Origin: a virus
IMG/VR virus record: IMGVR_UViG_3300050150_000084
Location: 19,052 to 83,051 of that record
Length of the DNA: 64,000 nucleotides
Reading direction: 5' to 3' (one strand)
The notes beneath the pieces were generated by a model, which was not told where the DNA came from, searched no databases, and saw only the letters and a list, made by a program, of their open reading frames with translations. Below, piece after piece: positions 55,787 to 64,000 of the stretch; the first letter of the stretch is position 1; every line of letters starts with the position of its first letter. The position numbers were made by a program, and so were the translations under genes.

Positions 55787-57043
55787 ATGCTTTTTGTGGC
55801 ACTACTGATCGCTGCGACGTCAGCGATCGCATTCTCTGCAGCTTTTTTCAGTGTTTACGGTCTTGCCCACACCTTTAGTGGTGTGTTTTGGTCGGTAGTT
55901 GTCATGGGCGGCTCGCTTGAGGCCGGCAAATTGGTGGCTGCCTCATACCTATACCGTTACTGGGACACTACGAACCGCCTACTTCGTTGGTATTTGCTCG
56001 CGGGTGTTGGTGGATTGATGATTACCACATCAATTGGTATCTTTGGTTATATGTCGGCTGGTTACCAGCAAGACGTCCTGCCGCTGAAGCAAAAGAATGA
56101 GCAAATTACACTGCTCACTGATGAAAAGACGCGAGCTATGGAGCGTAAACGTCAAATTGACGACATTCTTGCAGGCGGCCCTGCTGTAACCTCCGTCAAC
56201 AACACCAAGGGTGAAATTGACAAGAACGCTGCCAAGACCCTACGCGAAACTACTCGAGCCCGCGAAAGTTTGGGTCGTCAGTATAAGGCCGAACAAGAGG
56301 CTGCCACGCAGCGAGTTGCTGAATTGGACAAGCAATTACTGGCTTTGAAGCAGGATATTATCCAAACAGAAGCCCATATTGGTCCAATTACGTACATTGC
56401 GAAGGCGGTTGGTCTTGAATCTGATGATGCTACGAAGTACCTAATCTTCTTGATCATTATCACTTTCGATCCAATGGCTGTCGCACTGACACTGGCAGTC
56501 AATAATGTTCTACGCCTGCGCGAAGAAGAGCGTAAATCCCAACAACAAGCTCCGGCTCTACAGCCGGAGCCAGCAAAGCCTGTCAAGCAGGGATTGGAAA
56601 TGGAGCGTGGTTTGGTGACGGATCATGTTTCATACGAGGATGACGTTGTTCCGGAGCCAGAACTCGCGCCGGAGTCTGTGACAGAACCGGAACTGACCCT
56701 AGCACCGGTTGAAGAGCCAGAAACAACACCTCAACCTGTGTTTGAAGATCCCGTTCACATCACTGAAGTTGAACCAGAACCCGAATCTGTGCCAGTCTCC
56801 GACGCTGTTGATCCAACCCCTGTTCCAACTCCTGTTGGTCCAGCCCGTCGGCCTCGCTCATTCACTAACTTAACTGTGACAAACGACTCGGCAGGAAGTG
56901 CCAAGCTGCGCGAGCTGATGGATCACTACAAGTATCTCAAGCAAAAAGAAGCTGGCGGTGATCAATTGTCGCGCGACGAACGTTGGGAACAGAGCGCGAT
57001 CTATGAGGTGCTGCGCAAACACGGGGTAGACATTTACCTTTAA
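55787..57043 (+). CDS. Membrane protein (several N-terminal TM helices, coiled coil, another TM, P/E-rich tail)
   Basis: Hydrophobic segments at aa ~1-90 and ~200-240; coiled coil between them. Confidence 0.65.
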   Translation: MLFVALLIAATSAIAFSAAFFSVYGLAHTFSGVFWSVVVMGGSLEAGKLVAASYLYRYWDTTNRLLRWYLLAGVGGLMITTSIGIFGYMSAGYQQDVLPLKQKNEQITLLTDEKTRAMERKRQIDDILAGGPAVTSVNNTKGEIDKNAAKTLRETTRARESLGRQYKAEQEAATQRVAELDKQLLALKQDIIQTEAHIGPITYIAKAVGLESDDATKYLIFLIIITFDPMAVALTLAVNNVLRLREEERKSQQQAPALQPEPAKPVKQGLEMERGLVTDHVSYEDDVVPEPELAPESVTEPELTLAPVEEPETTPQPVFEDPVHITEVEPEPESVPVSDAVDPTPVPTPVGPARRPRSFTNLTVTNDSAGSAKLRELMDHYKYLKQKEAGGDQLSRDERWEQSAIYEVLRKHGVDIYL

Positions 57044-57050
57044 GACGCGG

Positions 57051-57079
57051 TTGATTCTCCATGTACCCTTCCGTATAAT
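57051..57079 (+). promoter_or_regulatory. sigma70-type promoter for the clamp-loader operon
   Basis: TTGATT-N17-TATAAT. Confidence 0.75.
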
Positions 57080-57102
57080 AGCGGAACAACATGGAGAATC
57101 AT

Positions 57103-58032
57103 ATGTCACTAGATAAGCACGTTTTGTGGGTTGAAAAATACCGTCCTCGCACCCTCGAGCAATACGTCTTTCAAAACGAAACGCACCGACAAGCATTCAC
57201 GCGAATGGTGCGTGATAAGTCCATCCCCCAACTAATCTTAGCGGGTGTACAAGGCACCGGCAAGACGACACTTGCACAGATTCTAATTTCGGCAATGGAC
57301 CTCGATCCAGCCGACATTTGCACTATCAATGCCTCTCACGAACGCGGGATTGATACTTTCCGCGAGAAGATTTACAACTTCGCTACGTCAATGGCTCTCG
57401 GCCGGTTCAAGATCGTGCACTTGGAAGAAGCTGAGCGGCTTACACCAGAAGCCCAGGACGCGTTGAAAGCGTTCATGGAGGAAGTAAGCGACAGTGTACG
57501 GTTCATCATGACGACGAACCACATCAACAAGCTGATCCCTCCCATTCGATCTCGTTGTCAAGAATACACCTTTCGAGCTGCTGACCGGTTGGATGTTACG
57601 GAACAAATGATCTATATGCTGCGCGACGAACATATCCATTTCAAGATGGAGGCACTCGATGCGTACATTACCGCTGGATATCCAGATATCCGTAAAATCA
57701 TCAACCTACTGCAACAACACGCGGTTGACGGCACGTTAACTGAAGCAAAAGCAGCAGGGTCTGGTGAATGGCGGATGGAGCTAATCAACCTGATTGCATC
57801 AGATGATTGGGAAGGTGCTCGGAAGTTGGCTTGCGCCAACGTTACTACTGAAGAGTGGGAAGCTTTGTTCAAGTACCTGTACGAGAACATCGCATCGTCA
57901 CCCAAGTTCAACAAGAAAGATAAGTGGGAAGAGGCGATTACTTTGATCGCCGAACACCTATACAAACACACGTTTGTAGCTGATCCTGAGATCAATGCTG
58001 CAGCACTATTCATTCGTCTCGGCCAAGTATAA
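57103..58032 (+). CDS. gp44: Clamp loader AAA+ subunit
   Basis: LWVEKYRP, GVQGTGKTT, INASHERGID, LEEAE, IRSRC, YPDIRK. Confidence 0.92.
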   Translation: MSLDKHVLWVEKYRPRTLEQYVFQNETHRQAFTRMVRDKSIPQLILAGVQGTGKTTLAQILISAMDLDPADICTINASHERGIDTFREKIYNFATSMALGRFKIVHLEEAERLTPEAQDALKAFMEEVSDSVRFIMTTNHINKLIPPIRSRCQEYTFRAADRLDVTEQMIYMLRDEHIHFKMEALDAYITAGYPDIRKIINLLQQHAVDGTLTEAKAAGSGEWRMELINLIASDDWEGARKLACANVTTEEWEALFKYLYENIASSPKFNKKDKWEEAITLIAEHLYKHTFVADPEINAAALFIRLGQV

Positions 58033-58042
58033 GGAGAACAAT

Positions 58043-58390
58043 ATGGCATCGTTTGGTCAATACACCTACAACAACACTCTGAACCCCACTGCTGCATCCG
58101 GAGCGGGGTTCTCACCGGACACCAAATCTCAATCTGACCGAATCCGCGCTCTCGAACACCGTCTCAGCGACTTAGAACGAGAAGTGACAAGCCTGCGATA
58201 CGAACAGGCAGTGAATGAGGTAGAAGAATTACTCATCACTCGAGTGAACGAGGAGCTCGCTAACCTTCGTGATGAGGAGCAAGAGTACCAAGCCAGCCAA
58301 GAAGCTGAAGCAGAAGCTGCTGATTATGCCACCTATCACTACCTAATTAACCTGCTGCGTATTATGCAGTCGGTGGAAGGAAACCAATAA
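58043..58390 (+). CDS. Hypothetical coiled-coil protein
   Basis: SD AAGGAG before ATG 58043. Confidence 0.55.
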   Translation: MASFGQYTYNNTLNPTAASGAGFSPDTKSQSDRIRALEHRLSDLEREVTSLRYEQAVNEVEELLITRVNEELANLRDEEQEYQASQEAEAEAADYATYHYLINLLRIMQSVEGNQ

Positions 58391-58725
58391 TGACACGACG
58401 CAAAAAGCCTGATGGGGAAACCCAGGAACAAGCGTCAGCACGCCGCCAGCTTGAGGCGATTGCTGACAAAGCTACACGAAGTGAGAAGGTTTCGTGGGAG
58501 CGGAAGCTGGACAACATGGTGTCGCTAATCGCAAGGCTGCGACCGATTGAGGAACAGATCGTCGCATTGATGGCTGAAAAGCAGCCAATCATCGACGACA
58601 TCTCAGCCCTCCGTCGAGAGATGGTACATACGTGCGTTCACCCGTACACTCATCTTGCTCAGAAGGGTGAGCTTGTGACGTGTAAGTTCTGCGAACGTCA
58701 ATTCAAACTACTGCAAAATGGCTGA
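58390..58725 (+). CDS. Hypothetical protein with a C-terminal zinc-binding motif
   Basis: CVHPYTH..CKFC. Confidence 0.55.
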   Translation: MTRRKKPDGETQEQASARRQLEAIADKATRSEKVSWERKLDNMVSLIARLRPIEEQIVALMAEKQPIIDDISALRREMVHTCVHPYTHLAQKGELVTCKFCERQFKLLQNG

Positions 58726-59248
58726 ACCTAAACTAGACATCTTTCGTGTGCTCAACGCTGCAAACGTAAAAGATTCCAAGTTTTACAACGAACTAGCGGC
58801 TGACGAGCAAAAGGCTTTTCAGCCGCTGATTGTTACGCGCTGGATGTCTGGCGCATCGAATGCTGGTCAGATTTACTTTCTCAATGAGTTTGTGAATCCG
58901 TATACTTTTTCGCTATACAAACATCCCGAGTTGCTGTGGAAGTTAACCACAGTTGCAAGTGCCGGCAAGAAGCAGCGATACTTGTGGAATAAAGCGCCAA
59001 ACAAGCGTGAAACCGGCCGGCCAAATGCCGTTCGGTGCGTGGCAGAGTACTTCGGATACAGCTCATCACACGCAGCTGATGCAATGAACATTCTCACGCG
59101 GACGCAGATTATCGAAATGGCTGAACTGATGGGTTGGCAGCAAGAAGAGATCGCCAAAATTCGTCGTGAGCTCAAGGCCTCCGACGATCCCACAGCTAAG
59201 CCAAAGCGCGGCAAGAAGACAGACGCAACAGACGCATTGGAGTTCTAA
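58718..59248 (+). CDS. Clamp loader small subunit-like (gp62-like)
   Basis: LDIFRVL..FQPLIVTRWMS..VAEYFGYS; near gp44. Confidence 0.6.
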   Translation: MAEPKLDIFRVLNAANVKDSKFYNELAADEQKAFQPLIVTRWMSGASNAGQIYFLNEFVNPYTFSLYKHPELLWKLTTVASAGKKQRYLWNKAPNKRETGRPNAVRCVAEYFGYSSSHAADAMNILTRTQIIEMAELMGWQQEEIAKIRRELKASDDPTAKPKRGKKTDATDALEF

Positions 59249-60195
59249 TGAACCAACACTTGATCGACACAATTCGCCAACTATCCAAGCAAGACAGTAA
59301 GACGCTTTCACAGAAGGCTCTGAAGACAGCTGAAGAGGTTGGCGAATTGGCAAAGGTAGTCCTGCCATTTGACGGTGCATTTGCCACGAATCATAGGTTC
59401 GTAGAGCGAGAGCGAATCCTTGAGGAAGCTGTTGATACAACTTTGTGTGCGTTATCTGTTGCATACAGTCTTGATTTCTCAGATGAAGAAATTGAGGACA
59501 TGATCGCGCTCAAGGCAGAAAAGTGGGCGATGCTGCAACGCAAAGAGCAAGACATCAAATACCCGTTGCCGTATGAAATCCACGTGACGGTTAAGGCACC
59601 TCCGGGTCTACAACAGAGTTGGTTGACTCATTTTCGGGAGATTTGTGCCGAGTTGAAGGTGAAGCCTATTGTTCTCAACTTGAGTAGCGGACAAAAGCTA
59701 CTGTCTGATGTGATGACTTCATCCAAGCATTTCGGGACAAATTCATCCGCCTACTATGCCGCAAAGCACATTGAGAATGGTTTGGTTACTGAAGGGTTCA
59801 AGGTGGAACGCGTTAAGATTGAAACTGTGCCGTGGCATCCGGCAGCACCAATCGCTGATCAACCAATGCCACTCAACTGTTATTTTGAATCACACATTCC
59901 CGTAGAGTTGGAAGAGAGTAAGTTGCAGCTACTCCGTGACTGGATGGAGTTGACGGGGCTACAAAGAACCTTGCATATGTCACGCAATGCATTCAAGCGT
60001 GATGAGCGTGGTTTCATTACTCAAATGCTGACCTACCGCGAATACACCGGGTCTCGGGAGCAATTTGAAGCTCGGTTAGACACTATTGTCACGATCTTGA
60101 CGGCTAGGTGGGATATCGGTAAAGTCATCACTGAATTTTCCGTCTACGATACTAAGGTATCACACGACAGTTCTTGGCTAAACAAAGCAGATTAA
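59248..60195 (+). CDS. MazG-like nucleotide pyrophosphohydrolase fused to an uncharacterised C-terminal domain
   Basis: KTAEEVGELAK..ILEEAVD (MazG ExxE..ExxD); ~200-aa C-terminal domain (YEIHVTV..RVKIETVPW..YFESHI). Confidence 0.75.
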   Translation: MNQHLIDTIRQLSKQDSKTLSQKALKTAEEVGELAKVVLPFDGAFATNHRFVERERILEEAVDTTLCALSVAYSLDFSDEEIEDMIALKAEKWAMLQRKEQDIKYPLPYEIHVTVKAPPGLQQSWLTHFREICAELKVKPIVLNLSSGQKLLSDVMTSSKHFGTNSSAYYAAKHIENGLVTEGFKVERVKIETVPWHPAAPIADQPMPLNCYFESHIPVELEESKLQLLRDWMELTGLQRTLHMSRNAFKRDERGFITQMLTYREYTGSREQFEARLDTIVTILTARWDIGKVITEFSVYDTKVSHDSSWLNKAD

Positions 60196-60220
60196 ACCCG
60201 TGGTAATCACACCTACAACA

Positions 60221-60922
60221 ATGACCTCCCGTCCGTCCACATCAATTCAAGCACGCTTCACATGCAAACATTGCAAGAAGACGTTCGTGATTGAGAAACG
60301 GTTTCTGGAACACGAGTGCAAGCAAATGAAGCGAGAGGCGGAGTTGAAATCTCCGTCGGGTCAAACTGCATGGCATTATTACCAGTTGTGGATGCGGGCC
60401 CAGAACCGCATGCCTCCTCCAGCAGCGACGTTCCTAACATCGAAGTACTTCCGGACGTTTATTGAGTTTGTCAAGTTTTCCAAATCGGTTGATCTACCTG
60501 TCCCTGAGCGATTCATCAAGGTAATGGTGATGAAGGGATTTTCGCCGACAATGTGGCGGAACGACGAGGTGTATTCGATCTACATCGAATGGCTTGACCG
60601 TAAGATGTCTCCGCTGGACCAGGCAAAGTTGTCCATTACTACGCTGATGTCTTACTCGGAGAAGCATGAGATTCCAATCGATGAAGTGTTTGATCGGATG
60701 CCAGTACAGGATGCAATCCATTTGATTCGTGTTCGTAAGCTGTCACCGTGGCTGCTAATGTTTAGCAGGACGTTTCGTGTACTGTTCACCATACGCACAA
60801 CTCCTGAGCAAAAGATCATTATGGAAAACCTAATTCGTCCTAGTTACTGGGCGGATAAGCGTGATGATCACGCAGATGCAGTTGCGATCATCAAGACCCT
60901 GGTCGCAGAGATGGGAATCTAA
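60221..60922 (+). CDS. Hypothetical protein with an N-terminal zinc finger
   Basis: FTCKHCKKTF..F.EHEC. Confidence 0.65.
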   Translation: MTSRPSTSIQARFTCKHCKKTFVIEKRFLEHECKQMKREAELKSPSGQTAWHYYQLWMRAQNRMPPPAATFLTSKYFRTFIEFVKFSKSVDLPVPERFIKVMVMKGFSPTMWRNDEVYSIYIEWLDRKMSPLDQAKLSITTLMSYSEKHEIPIDEVFDRMPVQDAIHLIRVRKLSPWLLMFSRTFRVLFTIRTTPEQKIIMENLIRPSYWADKRDDHADAVAIIKTLVAEMGI

Positions 60923-60942
60923 CAAGACCGAGTGGTTGCACC

Positions 60943-60950
60943 TATAAATA
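60943..60950 (+). promoter_or_regulatory. Perfect T4 late promoter TATAAATA
   Basis: Exact consensus upstream of the ORF at 60984. Confidence 0.8.
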
Positions 60951-60983
60951 CGTAATCTCGTACCTTTATAGGATGCAACCAAC

Positions 60984-62435
60984 ATGGCTGTCTATACAAT
61001 CAATTACTCAGATCCGCTAGCAACCTCATTTGATATTCCACCAGGAAGTCAAAGCGGCCCTAACAGTTCCATTCAGGGAACATCACTACGTTTGTTCGGT
61101 CGCGGTGCGGTTGAGTGGGGTGAAGCTGTCAATGAGAACTTCGTCCGGTTGACAGAAAACTTCGCATCTGCCTCCCCACCAACAGTGGCAATCAGCGGAC
61201 AGATGTGGTGTGAACGCAAGCTATACTTCCACAACACTACCGCCGGCACTTCGCAGGGCTGGTACTACTATGACCTTACCGAAACAGCTGCAAACAAATG
61301 GAAGCTGTTGAACGGTAGCGGTGTTGTAGCTACAACACAACCGACCTCTCCAGTCACTGGTCAATACTGGTATGACGGCACTTCTCTGTGGGGTTACTAC
61401 AGTCTCGGTAAGTATGAGCCGGAAGCGTTCATTAAGCGTTCGTACTTCACAGGAACGGCTGCTCCAACTGCTTCAGTAATCCCCCGAATGGTTGTGCATG
61501 TTTTTGATCAAGCGTCGCCAGAGGGTTGGTCATCTCCAGTGACAACTTTCGTGTCCACTGGCACGGCTCCGGGCGCACCTCAGGTGGGTATGCTGTGGTA
61601 CAACGAATCCACAGGCAACTTGTCTGTGTACACTGGTTCTGCATGGCAAGAGATTCTCGGCCCAACAGGCGCTAGTTCGTCGCAGGCATCTGGTATCATC
61701 GACATGAATACCAACCGCATCTCAAACCTCGGCGCTCCTGTCGCAGGTGCTGATGCGGCTACCAAAACATATGTGGACACGGCAGTATCTGGTGCTGGTA
61801 GCGGATCTTACCTACCTTTGTCAGGTGGTACGCTAACAGGTGCTCTGACAGTGCAGAGCACGATCACTACAACCGGTACAATTCTGTCGAATTCCGTACT
61901 CCACGCCCGCGGCGGTATCTCCGCATATCCGTCTGGTGTGGCTGATGATCCGTACGGTTTTGATTCTGTCACCATGCCTGCTGACACCAATAACTACGGC
62001 TACTACGGTATGACACGCGCTGGCCAAATTGGTTGGGTGATGGGTATCGACTCCAGCAACCGCATGTTTATTGGTTCAGGCGGCCCTGGTCGTACGTCTA
62101 ACACACCGAACCGTCCACTGTATATTGACACCAACGGTAATCTGACAATTGCTGGTCAGCTTCAGGTTGGTGCACAAATTCGTAACGTGACGGCGGGCTC
62201 GACTGCAAATGACGCTGTTAACCTCGGTCAGATGAACAGCGCAATTGCAGCAGCTGTGGCTGGTAGTACTGGTACTGCAGTAATCTATTCCGGTTCTGGT
62301 ACATACAAAGCTGGCGACATTGCTATTGCTTACGGCCGCATCTACATGGCAGCTACGTCCGGTACTGGTGGCCCTGCAAACGCGTACCCACCTGGTGGCG
62401 GCTGGAGGCAAGTGTTCCCAGCTGTGTATTCATAA
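60984..62435 (+). CDS. Tail fibre/baseplate-associated structural protein
   Basis: FGRGAVEWGE..NENFVRLTENFAS, Trp repeats, DAATKTYVD and NDAVNLGQM fibre knobs. Confidence 0.7.
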   Translation: MAVYTINYSDPLATSFDIPPGSQSGPNSSIQGTSLRLFGRGAVEWGEAVNENFVRLTENFASASPPTVAISGQMWCERKLYFHNTTAGTSQGWYYYDLTETAANKWKLLNGSGVVATTQPTSPVTGQYWYDGTSLWGYYSLGKYEPEAFIKRSYFTGTAAPTASVIPRMVVHVFDQASPEGWSSPVTTFVSTGTAPGAPQVGMLWYNESTGNLSVYTGSAWQEILGPTGASSSQASGIIDMNTNRISNLGAPVAGADAATKTYVDTAVSGAGSGSYLPLSGGTLTGALTVQSTITTTGTILSNSVLHARGGISAYPSGVADDPYGFDSVTMPADTNNYGYYGMTRAGQIGWVMGIDSSNRMFIGSGGPGRTSNTPNRPLYIDTNGNLTIAGQLQVGAQIRNVTAGSTANDAVNLGQMNSAIAAAVAGSTGTAVIYSGSGTYKAGDIAIAYGRIYMAATSGTGGPANAYPPGGGWRQVFPAVYS

Positions 62436-62446
62436 GGCGTTAACCT

Positions 62447-63331
62447 ATGGCACAGCGTAACGTAACATCATCTGGTGTAAGTAACCTGTCTCCCGGATAC
62501 ACAATATCCGGGATCCAAACTACTATTACCAACCTCAAGGCATCGATGCAAACAAACAAGCCAATTTTGGCTAGTGATATGCATTCGTTCATTCCAAACA
62601 TCATTAACCCAATGGCTAGCCACAACCACACGGTAGCGGATAGGCAGGGTATTGACACATTTGGTAACGTAACTACTTACGGTACTACAGGTCAAGATGT
62701 GACGAAGACTTCCAGCGGCCCGTCCCCAGCGTGGAATGCAGCTACCAATATTGCATTTAATGCGGACGAACCGATCGATCACGGTGACATCAACTACATT
62801 CGTGGTTTTGTGAACGGTATGCTGTCGCACAACCACACCGTTGATGACACCAAAGGCGCTACCGACATCTCTGTGGCATTATCCAGCCGTACGTTTAACT
62901 ACGGTACAGCCAACGATGCTGATGGTTATACGTATCTACAATTCCAGAGTGATGGTAATTTAGTGTGGTACTACACATACGGATACTACGGATCTACTAC
63001 GGGAATATCAGAAGCTGTTAGTAGTGGACAATGGATTAACATGAATCCAGTTGATTCAGCCACCTCGGGTGCATATGATGTAATGTATACAGTTTCTGCG
63101 CAATCTGGGACCTTTAACTGGATTGCTGGCAACATGTCACCGTCTACGTGGTACAACCTGGGGACGACTCGAGTGGTGGGAATAGCAGCCACATGGCCCC
63201 CAGGCGGCCTATCTGACATCTTTTCTAGTGTAACGATTGCTGTGCAAATTCGAAGCGCTGGGACAGGAGCCGTAGTTGCAACTGCAACGTATGTGTTACC
63301 TCTCTGGTTGTCGCACTACGAAGCACCGTAA
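62447..63331 (+). CDS. Fibre-associated protein with two SH[NT]H repeats
   Basis: NKPILASDM..NPMASHNHTVAD and DEPIDHGDI..NGMLSHNHTVDD. Confidence 0.6.
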   Translation: MAQRNVTSSGVSNLSPGYTISGIQTTITNLKASMQTNKPILASDMHSFIPNIINPMASHNHTVADRQGIDTFGNVTTYGTTGQDVTKTSSGPSPAWNAATNIAFNADEPIDHGDINYIRGFVNGMLSHNHTVDDTKGATDISVALSSRTFNYGTANDADGYTYLQFQSDGNLVWYYTYGYYGSTTGISEAVSSGQWINMNPVDSATSGAYDVMYTVSAQSGTFNWIAGNMSPSTWYNLGTTRVVGIAATWPPGGLSDIFSSVTIAVQIRSAGTGAVVATATYVLPLWLSHYEAP

Positions 63332-63334
63332 CGC

Positions 63335-63363
63335 TTGACTTTATGCTTAACCCATCGTAAACT
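63335..63363 (+). promoter_or_regulatory. sigma70-type promoter for the Cys-rich peptide operon
   Basis: TTGACT-N17-TAAACT; SD GGAG downstream. Confidence 0.65.
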
Positions 63364-63381
63364 CAAGATTGGAGCCAACAT

Positions 63382-63588
63382 ATGACAACCGACAACCTTT
63401 CCACCAAGACCGCTGTACAAACGCTGCCAGCTGCACAATCAGCCGACAATCCTGTGCAAGCACAAGTGTTCCAGGACATGCTGACGATCCTGAACGAACT
63501 CGTATCCCACACCCACATCTTCTACGACGACTACAGTACAGCTTGCAACTGCAATTGTAATTGCAACTGCTCTCGCGGCATTCTGTAA
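63382..63588 (+). CDS. 68-aa peptide with a C-terminal CNCNCNCNC motif
   Basis: Own promoter and SD; Cys/Asn codons vary synonymously (tgc aac tgc aat tgt aat tgc aac tgc). Confidence 0.75.
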   Translation: MTTDNLSTKTAVQTLPAAQSADNPVQAQVFQDMLTILNELVSHTHIFYDDYSTACNCNCNCNCSRGIL

Positions 63589-63594
63589 TTTCAT

Positions 63595-64000
63595 ATGCGT
63601 TATATGTTAGTGATGGATGAGGGACAACGTCCCTCAGGGTTTGCTACCATGCAAGAACTATCGAACGTGGATACGTTGCCGGATAGTCTTGTATTGGAGT
63701 TTTTCTCACACTTCAAGCCAGGCTTACGCATGATTCGTGACCAACGAATGAATGCCACAGATGCTTTTAGCTTTGCTCACTTTTTGATCAATCCAGACTC
63801 CCAAGAGATGTTGCCATCCATGATGGCTCCAATCTACGCACATGCCGCAATGGATGCTTTAGATTCGGGTGTGTATGAGAGCGTGTTTGTAGGAACAGTC
63901 ACGAATCTGCCGCAAATCCACGAATCTGCGATCCTGCCGTCGATGGGCCTATATGCTCGCCAACAAGATGGTCAAATCGTGAACGTGCGCAACGGTGCGG
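63595..64000 (+). CDS. Hypothetical protein, partial (runs off the right edge)
   Basis: ATG at 63595, 6 nt after the peptide stop; open for 135 codons (MRYMLVMDEGQRPSGF...). Confidence 0.65.
   Translation, partial: MRYMLVMDEGQRPSGFATMQELSNVDTLPDSLVLEFFSHFKPGLRMIRDQRMNATDAFSFAHFLINPDSQEMLPSMMAPIYAHAAMDALDSGVYESVFVGTVTNLPQIHESAILPSMGLYARQQDGQIVNVRNGA

Noticed and set aside
63544-63570. CNCNC tract as a microsatellite or assembly artefact
   Set aside because: The codons vary (tgc/tgt, aac/aat), so the repeat is at the protein level.
1-64000. CRISPR arrays, tRNA genes, integrase or IS elements
   Set aside because: I saw no regularly spaced repeats, cloverleaf signatures or recombinase/transposase motifs by eye; a tRNAscan/CRISPR scan was not run.

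Overview
This is a 64-kb segment of a large, T4-superfamily contractile-tailed (myovirus) phage genome of roughly 50% GC; the gene set and order suggest a jumbo phage. It contains a baseplate module with a lytic-transglycosylase-tipped hub and the gp55 late sigma/gp47/gp46/RuvC block. It also holds a tail-chaperone-like pair, tape measure, head cluster (portal, protease, scaffold, major capsid), neck, sheath, tube, terminase, and a long fibre/spike cluster. The replication/recombination block comprises gp32, UvsX, UvsY, UvsW, clamp loader, a DnaE fragment, a tandem GroES and a MazG fusion, followed by the start of a second fibre cluster. Two promoter classes are readable: about 22 gp55-type late boxes ((A)TAAATA) and 7 sigma70-type TTGnnn-N17-(T/C)AnnnT sites, plus 7 intrinsic terminators. 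I found no tRNA, CRISPR array, intron, intein or transposon. The strongest unexplained signal is a ~310-nt intergenic element (7530-7842) after ruvC, in which three hairpin loops each have an exact distal complement. This is a candidate multi-pseudoknot ncRNA that I could not assign to a known class. Other leads are a separately promoted 68-aa peptide ending in CNCNCNCNC, a probable -1 frameshift joining the tail-chaperone pair, a loop-deleted tail-tube paralog, a Cpn20-like double GroES, and a late glycosyltransferase among the fibre genes. All family assignments come from motif recognition by eye; no database searches were run.
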